A stretch of 62,034 bases of DNA, the filler included, from Candidatus Desantisbacteria bacterium CG1_02_49_89 (GTDB taxonomy: Bacteria; Desantisbacteria; UBA1551), in NCBI GenBank assembly GCA_001871075.1. It is 5 parts of 5 records of this genome, joined end to end, with 100 filler letters (N's around TTAATTAATTAA, not from the genome) between each part and the next. Parts side by side here need not be neighbours in the genome. Positions count along the whole stretch, not along the records: positions 1 to 15,258 come from MNUP01000087.1; 4 more parts are not named here. One strand, 5' to 3'. The notes under the pieces were generated by a model that saw only the letters and a list, made by a program, of their open reading frames with translations, was not told the DNA's origin and searched no databases. The number at the start of each line of letters is the position of its first letter. Position 1 is the first letter of the stretch. A program made the translations under genes and the position numbers. Shown here one piece after another: positions 1 to 7,867 of the stretch.

Positions 1-2
1 CC

Positions 3-317
3 TGCTGCCACAACTTCCCCCACAGCGACAAAGACACCGATCCCTACGAATGGCTGCGCAGGTTCGCGAAGGTCTCCCCGGTCATCCATCTGCAGCAGAC
101 AAACGCGAAGGAAAGCCACCACTGGCCCTTCACCAAGATACACAACCAGCTGGGCATAATAAACCCCGACAAGGTCATCGAAGCCATAGAGGCATCCGGG
201 TCTAAGGAAAATTACCTTATGCTTGAAATATTCCACCCGCTTTCAGCCAGCGAAAAACAGATAATCAGCGACCTCTCGGAAAGCGTGCAATATTGGAGGA
301 AGTATGTCTCAGATTAG
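3..317 (+). CDS. Sugar-phosphate isomerase/epimerase TIM barrel (EryC-like), 5' truncated by window edge
   Basis: Hand translation of frame 3: DPYEWL..SPVIHLQQT..HHWPFT..N.LGII.P..LEIFHP..SVQYW; TAG at 315-317 overlaps the next gene. Confidence 0.65.
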   Translation, partial: CCHNFPHSDKDTDPYEWLRRFAKVSPVIHLQQTNAKESHHWPFTKIHNQLGIINPDKVIEAIEASGSKENYLMLEIFHPLSASEKQIISDLSESVQYWRKYVSD

Positions 318-1233
318 CGCGCCCGCCAGGCGGAAGCACTTAAGGGAGAACCTTACGGGATTCGCGTTCCTGGCCCCGAACGGCATAGGCTTCCTGGTAT
401 TCGGCTTCCTGCCTATATTCGCCTCGCTTTTCCTGAGCTTCGCGTCCTGGGAACTCATCACGCCGATAAAATGGATAGGGTTCAGGAACTTCGTCGGCAT
501 CCTCGGTTTCCACAAAGACGGAGCCTCGGTCTTCCCCAACGACCCTTATTTCTGGAAATACCTTCTGAACACGTTTTATTTCATGATAGGCATACCCCTG
601 GGAATGGCAACATCGCTCATACTGGCGCTGCTGATGAACCAGAAGATCAAAGGCATAAACATTTTCAGGACCATCTACTTCATGCCGGTTGTTTCCTCAA
701 TGATAGCCTGCGCGCTTTTATGGAGGTGGATCTACCACCCGGAGGTGGGCCTGCTCAACATGTTCCTTTACCTGTTCCACATAAAAGGGCCTGACTGGCT
801 GGGCTCAATGGCATGGGCAAAACCGTCCCTCATTGTGATGGGCATATGGAAGGGAGCGGGTTACAACATGCTTCTTTACCTCGCGGCCCTGCAGGGAGTG
901 CCTGAAGAGCTCTACGAAGCGGCGCGGGTGGACGGCGCCAACAAATGGCGGCAATTCTGGGGCATCACCTGGCCGCTGCTGGGGCCCATAAACTTCCTTA
1001 TGATAATAATGGGCGTTATCGGCGGGTTCCAGTCGTTCGACGTGCAGTATGTTATGACGGGGGGAGGGCCCGCGAACTCCACGAAAACAATGGTGTTCTA
1101 CATATACGAAAAGGCGTTCACGATGTTCCAGATGGGTTACGCCGCCGCGATCGCCTGGATACTCGCGGCGATGATATTTGTCTTCACGTTCCTGCAGTGG
1201 AAGTCCATGGGAAAGAAGGTGTTCTATGTCTAA
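304..1233 (+). CDS. Carbohydrate ABC transporter permease (MalF/UgpA-like)
   Basis: Multiple TM helices; EAA loop YEAARVDGA. Confidence 0.93.
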   Translation: MSQISAPARRKHLRENLTGFAFLAPNGIGFLVFGFLPIFASLFLSFASWELITPIKWIGFRNFVGILGFHKDGASVFPNDPYFWKYLLNTFYFMIGIPLGMATSLILALLMNQKIKGINIFRTIYFMPVVSSMIACALLWRWIYHPEVGLLNMFLYLFHIKGPDWLGSMAWAKPSLIVMGIWKGAGYNMLLYLAALQGVPEELYEAARVDGANKWRQFWGITWPLLGPINFLMIIMGVIGGFQSFDVQYVMTGGGPANSTKTMVFYIYEKAFTMFQMGYAAAIAWILAAMIFVFTFLQWKSMGKKVFYV

Positions 1234-2113
1234 CAACACCTCCCTGTCTCTGGCGCAGTCAAAAAAGCGCAGGTTTATAAAGGAAACGGCGCAGAAGGCG
1301 GTTGTTTACGTCCTGCTCAGCGTTGTGGGCGTGTTCATGCTGGTCCCGTTCATGTGGATGGTCACAACGTCCCTGAAGGACGCCGGTTCGGTTTTTGTTT
1401 TCTCCTGGATACCAAGGCAGTTCGAGTGGCGCAATTACGTGGAAGCGTGGAAGGGCGGGCCCACCGGGGTCTCGTTCACCAGGTTTTTCATGAACAGTAT
1501 ATTTGTCAGCTCCCTGGTAACGTTCGGTCAGGTGTTCACCTGCGCGTTTGCCGCGTTCGCGTTCGCCCGCCTGAAGTTCTGGGGCAGGGACAAGTTATTC
1601 CTGGCATACCTGGGCACGATGATGATACCCGGCGCGGTTACGATGATACCGGTTTATATCCTTCTGTCGTCCAGATACCTGAACTGGGTGAACTCGTACA
1701 AGGCGCTCATAATACCCGGCATGTTCGGCGGCGCCTTCGGCACGTTCCTTTTAAGGCAGTTCTTCCTTACCATACCCAAGGACCTTGAGGACGCTGCGAG
1801 GATCGACGGCTGCTCGACATTCGGGATTTTCTGGCGCATAATCCTGCCTCTTTCAAAACCGGCGCTGGCGACCCTGACCACGTTCACGTTCATGGGGGTC
1901 TGGAACGATTTCATCTGGCCGCTCATAGTAATAAATACTATGGAAAAGAAAACCCTGCCCGTGGCGCTGGCGTCTTTCCAGGGGATGTACTCGACTGACT
2001 GGCACCTGCTGATGGCCGCGTCCACGATCGTGCTTATGCCGGTGCTGATCGTTTACCTGTTCAACCAGCGTTTCTTTGTCAGGGGCATTGTTTTAACCGG
2101 GCTCAAGCAATAG
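1226..2113 (+). CDS. Carbohydrate ABC transporter permease (MalG/UgpE-like)
   Basis: EDAARIDGCS motif and TM helices; ATG at 1226 overlaps the upstream stop. Confidence 0.93.
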   Translation: MSNNTSLSLAQSKKRRFIKETAQKAVVYVLLSVVGVFMLVPFMWMVTTSLKDAGSVFVFSWIPRQFEWRNYVEAWKGGPTGVSFTRFFMNSIFVSSLVTFGQVFTCAFAAFAFARLKFWGRDKLFLAYLGTMMIPGAVTMIPVYILLSSRYLNWVNSYKALIIPGMFGGAFGTFLLRQFFLTIPKDLEDAARIDGCSTFGIFWRIILPLSKPALATLTTFTFMGVWNDFIWPLIVINTMEKKTLPVALASFQGMYSTDWHLLMAASTIVLMPVLIVYLFNQRFFVRGIVLTGLKQ

Positions 2114-2119
2114 GAGATC

Positions 2120-2187
2120 CGTCGGGCGTCTTACGTCTTACGTCGTGCGTATCTAAACGTATGACGTACGACTTACGACGTACGACG
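2120..2187. repeat. Inverted heptamer tandem arrays (CGTCTTA-type / TACGACG-type), empty site
   Basis: cgtcggg cgtctta cgtctta cgtcgtg ... cgtatga cgtacga cttacga cgtacga; same family at 2301-2336 and 42515-42593. Confidence 0.8.
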
Positions 2188-2194
2188 ATGTAAA

Positions 2195-2899
2195 ATGGAA
2201 ATACTAAAATACTGCGCTATTGGGCTGGCATTTGCCGCGGTTTATCTGCTGATCTCCGAGATCGGCAGATCTTCTTTTAAAATTACCGGTAAACCGGCTG
2301 GTCTTACGTCCGACGTACGACGTATGACGTCCGACGTTCTGTCCCGGCTGTTCCGCCGCGGGCAGACGCTTGAAGCGCAGCTTCCGGGCGCCCTTGATTT
2401 CCTCGCAAGCTCCCTGCGGTCCGGCTCAAGCGTCACACAGGCGATAAGCCTGCTCGCGGACGAATTCCCCCAGCCTGTATCCGGCGAGTTCGGCATGGTA
2501 TTAAAAGAAACCAGGATGGGCCTGCCCTTGCAGGAATCCCTTGAAAATCTCAGGAAACGGGTCAGGAACGCGGACCTTGACCTTGCGGTGACGTCTATAA
2601 TCATCTCGCGGGAAACAGGGGCCAGCCTTTCAGAGGTGCTGGGCAAGATCTCTTCGGTCATACGGGAACGCGGAAAAATAATAGGCAAGGCGAAAGCCCT
2701 TGTAAGCCAGGGCAAGATGCAGTCAATAGTGGTGGGGGTCCTGCCCGTCATTTTATGTTTCGTGATACTGGCGGTTGACCCCGGCTACATAATGCCGCTT
2801 TTTCGTAGACCCCTGGGATGGGCGATGATCGCCGCGGCTTGCGGCCTGGAATTCCTCGGGGTATTCTTTATAAGAAAGATCACACGGATTGAGGTTTAA
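2195..2899 (+). CDS. tadB: Tad pilus assembly protein TadB (T2SS-F family)
   Basis: QLPGALDFLASSLRSG...ETGASLSEVL...RER...QGKMQ. Confidence 0.85.
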   Translation: MEILKYCAIGLAFAAVYLLISEIGRSSFKITGKPAGLTSDVRRMTSDVLSRLFRRGQTLEAQLPGALDFLASSLRSGSSVTQAISLLADEFPQPVSGEFGMVLKETRMGLPLQESLENLRKRVRNADLDLAVTSIIISRETGASLSEVLGKISSVIRERGKIIGKAKALVSQGKMQSIVVGVLPVILCFVILAVDPGYIMPLFRRPLGWAMIAAACGLEFLGVFFIRKITRIEV

Positions 2900-2905
2900 C
2901 CGCAC

Positions 2906-2980
2906 GTCATTGCGAGGTCGCCTTGGGCGACCGCGGCAATCCCTTTAAAAAATAGATTGCTTCGTTTCACTCGCAATGAC
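2906..2980. repeat. Palindromic GTCATTGCGAG...CTCGCAATGAC repeat element
   Basis: 11-bp terminal inverted repeat with inner gcaatc/gattgc; same family is nested inside the 170-bp MITE. Confidence 0.8.
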
Positions 2981-3010
2981 ATACGATAGTCAAATTAGAA
3001 AAGGACAAAT

Positions 3011-3826
3011 ATGCTTTTATTGATAGCTTCAATGCTTCTGTTTCTGGCATTGTTCCTCGCAATCAGCGGGCTGTTGCGGACGGCGCGTGCGCCGAAGATA
3101 GAGAAAGGATCCTTCAGGCGCATGCTGGACAAAATAGGAACACTTAACAGCAGGCTGGAACTGCATAATTACAGGGACGGGACGCGCAGGAAACTGGATT
3201 ACGCCGGATACCCGGATCTCAGCGTTGATTCGTTCCTTGCCGTAAAAGAACTTGCTGGGGTAATCCTGCTCGCTATCCTTATTTATGCCACAGGGAATAT
3301 CAGCCCCGTTGCGGTGCTGGTCCCGGTCATCGGTTTTTTCCTGCCTGACCTGTGGCTGGGCGAAAAGGTGAGCCGCAGAAAAAATGGGATAATCAGAGAG
3401 CTTCCTTATTTCCTGGACATGGTTGCGCTGTGCGTTGAGGCAGGGCTTGATTTCGGCGCCGCGATCAACCGGATACTTGAGAAATCATCGCGCACCCCGC
3501 TTACCCGGGAGATCAGCATTATGCAGCAGGAAATAAAGGTCGGCAAGGGCAGGGAAGAAGCCCTGCGCAACCTGGCCGCGAGAACGGACATCCAGGAGGT
3601 CTCATCCTTCATTTCCAGCCTGATCCAGGCAGACAGGACCGGGGCAAGCCTTGGCCAGACCCTCAGGGTACAGTCGGAGCAGATAAGGACCGCGATATTC
3701 CAGAAGGCGGAAAAAACCGCGCATGAAGCGCCCGTTAAGATGCTTTTCCCGATGGTGCTTTTTATATTCCCGGTCATTTTCATTGTGCTTCTAGGCCCGG
3801 TTGTTTTGCAGATGATAGGGCGCTAA
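3011..3826 (+). CDS. tadC: Tad pilus assembly protein TadC
   Basis: LPYFLDMVALCVEAGLDF...QADRTGASLGQTLRVQS...KMLFPMVLFIFP. Confidence 0.88.
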   Translation: MLLLIASMLLFLALFLAISGLLRTARAPKIEKGSFRRMLDKIGTLNSRLELHNYRDGTRRKLDYAGYPDLSVDSFLAVKELAGVILLAILIYATGNISPVAVLVPVIGFFLPDLWLGEKVSRRKNGIIRELPYFLDMVALCVEAGLDFGAAINRILEKSSRTPLTREISIMQQEIKVGKGREEALRNLAARTDIQEVSSFISSLIQADRTGASLGQTLRVQSEQIRTAIFQKAEKTAHEAPVKMLFPMVLFIFPVIFIVLLGPVVLQMIGR

Positions 3827-3877
3827 ATTGTTATAACGATTTAACAACGATTCTATAACGATTTTAAGGAGTTAAAC

Positions 3878-4759
3878 ATGGCCCGCTTAACAGTAATGCG
3901 AGGCGACAAAGAAGGCTGGGTCGCAGAGCTGCCCCAGAAGGAGTTTACGATCGGCCGCGACCCCACGAACGACTTCATCATTTCCGACATCGCGGTATCC
4001 AGGAAACACGCGATCATAAGATTCAGGTCCGGCAAATACAGCATACAGGATTACAGCGTTAACGGGACGAAGATCGGGGACAAGCGTATAAAGAAAACAG
4101 TGCTGGAAGAAGGGGATAAGATCGAGATAGGCGGCACCTTGTTCAGGTTCGAAACAGAAGCACCTCTCAGGCACCTTCAAAAGGTCAAACAACCTGAACC
4201 CTCTTCGGCCGTGCGCGAAACGGCCGAAGGCACTACCGTGATAAAAACCCCTGCGCGCGCTTCACGCTCCGCGCAGCCGTTCTGGTATATCCTGCTTGCC
4301 GTTGCCGCGGTATCCGCGGCTTTTTACTTTTCCTTTAAGGCACCTATAAAAAGAATATCTGTTTTCAAAACAGAAACAGCGAAGATCCTGCCGTTCGCGC
4401 CGTCCGCGGAACACTCTTCAGACCCGCAGTATTATTTCAGCATGGCAAACCGCCTGTACAAAGAAAAAGGCGTGAACGACTCCAACCTGTTTTTCACCAT
4501 CCAGTATCTTCGGAAAGGGCTGGAGCTTTACACAGGAGGGGACTCGGAAACCGTTTCTTTCGTCACGCGGAAAATGGCGGATATCGGCAAAGAACTTGAA
4601 ACAAAGGTAAAAGACGAGATGTTCGGCGCCTACCAGGCGTTCCACCTGGACAACACACAAGACTGCCGCGCGCACCTGGAAAGCGTAATGCGCCTTGTGC
4701 CGGACCCTTCAGATCCGTATCACCGTTCAGCTCGCGCCAAGCTTTCCGCATTAAAATAG
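3878..4759 (+). CDS. FHA-domain membrane protein
   Basis: IGR...VSRKHA...SVNGT FHA motifs, one TM segment, helical C-terminus. Confidence 0.85.
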   Translation: MARLTVMRGDKEGWVAELPQKEFTIGRDPTNDFIISDIAVSRKHAIIRFRSGKYSIQDYSVNGTKIGDKRIKKTVLEEGDKIEIGGTLFRFETEAPLRHLQKVKQPEPSSAVRETAEGTTVIKTPARASRSAQPFWYILLAVAAVSAAFYFSFKAPIKRISVFKTETAKILPFAPSAEHSSDPQYYFSMANRLYKEKGVNDSNLFFTIQYLRKGLELYTGGDSETVSFVTRKMADIGKELETKVKDEMFGAYQAFHLDNTQDCRAHLESVMRLVPDPSDPYHRSARAKLSALK

Positions 4760-5534
4760 GGACAGCCCCTATTTATAATAACTCAAATAAATCAAGCGAA
4801 TTATTGAGTCTAAATCCAAAAAGGATTGAAATATGCCAAGAATTGCAAGGGCGGTCTGTGTAGATCTTCCACATCATGTTACGCAAAGAGGAAATAACCA
4901 ACAAAAGGTTTTTAAAAGAAAAAATGACCATGCATTCTATATTTCTTTAATGCGTAAATATAGCAAGATATTAAAACTGGAGATCTGGTCTTACTGTCTA
5001 ATGCCAAATCATGTTCATTTCATAGTTGTTCCGCGAGAACCTGATTCTATGGCAAAAACCTTTGACGTGGTTCATATGCTATACTCTCAATATTTTAACA
5101 GTAAAATGAACCGCAAGGGACACCTCTGGCAATCTCGATTTTATTCCTGCCTTTTAGATAACGATCATTTATGCGCAGCTGCTCGCTATATTGAAAGGAA
5201 TCCCGTAAGAGCGCGCATTGTTGACCGGCCGGAGGAATATCGCTGGTCCAGCGCTTATGCGCACATAAACAAAACTCCGGATAGACTTCTATCCGGTGAT
5301 TGTTTTCTTACTCATGAAATAACAGATTGGAAGAAATTCCTGACACATCCGGATGATGAAAAAATCCTTGAAAAACTGCGGAGCCGCACCAGATCAGGAC
5401 GTCCCGCAGGCAATGATGACTTTATAACAAATATAGAAAACAAACTGGGTAGAAGTTTTAATACAAGACCGAAAGGCAGACCCAGAAAACCTCAATAAAA
5501 TCAAGAAAATAAAAAATGGGGGCTGTCCCTATTT
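4754..5534. mobile_element. RAYT cassette bounded by a 21-bp inverted repeat
   Basis: aaatagggacagcccctattt (4754-4774) versus aaatgggggctgtccctattt (5514-5534), 20/21 reverse complementary; lower-GC insert between GC-rich genes. Confidence 0.8.
4833..5498 (+). CDS. REP-associated tyrosine transposase (RAYT, Y1 HUH)
   Basis: MPRIAR, HHVTQRGNN, YCLMPNHVH (HUH), YIERNPVRA, YRWSS, C-terminal KGRPRK. Confidence 0.92.
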   Translation: MPRIARAVCVDLPHHVTQRGNNQQKVFKRKNDHAFYISLMRKYSKILKLEIWSYCLMPNHVHFIVVPREPDSMAKTFDVVHMLYSQYFNSKMNRKGHLWQSRFYSCLLDNDHLCAAARYIERNPVRARIVDRPEEYRWSSAYAHINKTPDRLLSGDCFLTHEITDWKKFLTHPDDEKILEKLRSRTRSGRPAGNDDFITNIENKLGRSFNTRPKGRPRKPQ

Positions 5535-6260
5535 ATGAAGTATGGAATTATATCTGACATTCATGGAAATTTAGAAGCCCTTAACGCCTGCCTTGAGTTC
5601 CTCGAAGGGACGGTAAAGGCATATATATGCGCCGGGGACATCGTTGGCTACGGCCCCCGCCCCAACGAATGCGTTGAAGCGGTCAGTAAGATCTCCGAAT
5701 TAGACGGGACTGTTGTAATATCCGGCAACCACGACCTTGCAGCCGTAGACTTGAAAGATGTTTCCTTTTTCAAAGAAGACGCGAAAAAAGCCATCCTGTG
5801 GACCGCGAAAGTCCTGACAGGCGAAAACAGGGATTTCATCTCAAAGCTCAAAACAAGGATCGACGCGCCGCATTTCACAGTGGCGCACGGCAGCCCCCGG
5901 GAGCCGGAAGATGAATACCTTATAGACGGCTACGCGATGAAAGAAAATCTTGCGTTCTTTAAAACAAAGGTCTGTTTTGTGGGCCACTCCCACATACCCC
6001 TGTTTTACGACAGGGGGCTTGTTATACTGGCTGACGGGGGCAAGGTGAAGGTCGTTGCCAGGAATAAAGCGATAGCAAGCCTTGGCTCTGTGGGCCAGCC
6101 AAGGGACAGGAACCCGTCCGCGTGCGCCGGTGTTTATGACGACAGGACAGGGGAGATCCTGGTGAAACGCTTCCCCTACAACATCCGCAAAACCCAGGAA
6201 GACATGGCGGCAGCCGGCCTGCCGCGGTCCTTGATCGAGCGATTAGCGCTGGGCATATAA
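5535..6260 (+). CDS. Metallophosphoesterase (calcineurin-like)
   Basis: SDIHGN, GDIVGYG, GNHD, HGSP, GHSH, GSVGQPRD. Confidence 0.92.
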   Translation: MKYGIISDIHGNLEALNACLEFLEGTVKAYICAGDIVGYGPRPNECVEAVSKISELDGTVVISGNHDLAAVDLKDVSFFKEDAKKAILWTAKVLTGENRDFISKLKTRIDAPHFTVAHGSPREPEDEYLIDGYAMKENLAFFKTKVCFVGHSHIPLFYDRGLVILADGGKVKVVARNKAIASLGSVGQPRDRNPSACAGVYDDRTGEILVKRFPYNIRKTQEDMAAAGLPRSLIERLALGI

Positions 6261-6301
6261 ATACAGTCATGGGCCACGAGTCATGGGTCATGGGTGAAAA
6301 A

Positions 6302-6671
6302 ATGGAAAAAATAAAAAGCTACAGAAATTTAGAGATCTGGCAGAAAAGCGTTGACTTAGTTACTGAAATTAGTTACTGAAATTTATAATATTACGAAAAC
6401 GTTCCCTTCGGAAGAGAAATTTGGCTTGATAAGCCAGATGACAAGAGCAGCGTCTTCTATTCCTTCCAATATTGCCGAAGGTTTCAGAAGAAGGTACAGC
6501 AATGAATTCAGGCAGTTTTTGCATATGTCGCTTGGTTCTATTGCGGAGCTCGAAACTCAGATCACAATCGCACAAAGACTTGGCTATATAGATAAAACAA
6601 GGGAAGAAACATTTTTAGGGGAATTGGATAAAATATCCAGGATGACTATGGGTCTTATAAAAAAGTTGTAG
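6302..6671 (+). pseudogene. Four-helix bundle protein (23S rRNA IVS protein family), frameshifted by a 13-bp tandem duplication
   Basis: MEKIKSYRNLEIWQKS...FPSEEKFGLISQMTRAASSIPSNIAEG..GSIAELETQ; ttagttactgaaa repeated at 6356-6368 and 6369-6381; removing one copy gives a 118-aa ORF. Confidence 0.88.
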
Positions 6672-6723
6672 TTTTTACTCATGACTCATAACCCATGACT
6701 CATGACAAAACGAGGAGGCCATA

Positions 6724-7212
6724 GTGATTAAGGTTAAAATTGAGGGCGTGGTATTAGATTTGAAATCCAACCTGCCCATAATAGTCCTGAGGGATGACAA
6801 GCAGAGGGTCCTGCCGATATCAGTGGGCTTGTTCGAGGCGCAGGCGATAGCGTTCGCCATGGAAGGCATCAAGATCCCCCGGCCTCTCACTCACGACCTT
6901 GCCAAAAGCATAATAGAAAAACTCGGGGCAAAGGTAATGCGGGTGGAGCTCACGGAATTGAAAGGCAATACCTATTTCGCCTACATTATAATGAAGCCGA
7001 AGGATGGTGAGGAGATAAGGATCGATTCCAGGCCCAGCGACGCGATAGCCATCGCCCTGCGGTTCCAGGCGCAGATATTCGCCTCCGAGGAACTGCTCCT
7101 GCTGCGGGAAACCTACAAACCAATAGACGAATCCGAGGTGAAATCCTTCAGGGAGATTATCGACAAACTGCCTCCGGATGAATTTTGGAAAAAGCTCCGC
7201 GACAAAAAATAA
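6724..7212 (+). CDS. Bifunctional nuclease family protein (DUF151)
   Basis: LPISVG.FEAQAI, RPLTHDL, IDSRPSDAIAIA. Confidence 0.9.
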   Translation: MIKVKIEGVVLDLKSNLPIIVLRDDKQRVLPISVGLFEAQAIAFAMEGIKIPRPLTHDLAKSIIEKLGAKVMRVELTELKGNTYFAYIIMKPKDGEEIRIDSRPSDAIAIALRFQAQIFASEELLLLRETYKPIDESEVKSFREIIDKLPPDEFWKKLRDKK

Positions 7213-7354
7213 CCCTTTTAACCACGGTGCACACGGATACACACTGAGTATATTTTCAATTTAAACTAACCAACTAACAACTGATAACTGTCTTTGATAA
7301 CCACGGATGCACACGGATTAACATAGTTTATTTTAAAATTAAAAAGGAATAAAG

Positions 7355-7759
7355 GTGAATAATAAAAGAATTGGGCTATTTAGTTCGGCAAGGAATCTAC
7401 TATATGAAGAATTGACAGGAAAAATAATTAATGCCGCCTTTAAAGTTCAGAATGAATTGGGATGTGGATTACTTGAAAAAATATACGAAAACGCTCTTGC
7501 CTGGGAACTGGAGCTAAACAACGAAAAGGTCTCAACTCAAAAAGAATATAAGGTATTTTACAGAGAAAAGGAAGTTGGTATATATTATGCCGATCTAATA
7601 ATAAGCGATAAAGTGATCATTGAGATAAAAACAGCAGAAATGATAGACAATATTCATCGTGCTCAGATCTTAAACTATTTAAAAATATCGGGTCTAAGAG
7701 TTGGCTTGATAATTAATTTTGCAAAACCAAAACTAGAATATGAAAGATTTATTATCTAA
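7355..7759 (+). CDS. GxxExxY protein (PD-(D/E)XK-like)
   Basis: LGCGLLEKIYENAL, ADLII..KVIIEIK, AQILNYLK, GLIINF. Confidence 0.92.
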   Translation: MNNKRIGLFSSARNLLYEELTGKIINAAFKVQNELGCGLLEKIYENALAWELELNNEKVSTQKEYKVFYREKEVGIYYADLIISDKVIIEIKTAEMIDNIHRAQILNYLKISGLRVGLIINFAKPKLEYERFII

Positions 7760-7867
7760 CCGTGTGCATCTGTGGTTACTAAAGGTTATTATCCATAGAA
7801 GTTAGAAGTTTAAGCCAAAGATGTAATCCGAGTGTATCCGTGTGCATCTGTGGTTACAAAGGATTTC

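Noticed and set aside
6302-6671. Four-helix-bundle gene as the Avd of the putative DGR
   Set aside because: Different contig from the VR candidate, no RT or TR nearby, and motifs fit the generic IVS-protein family
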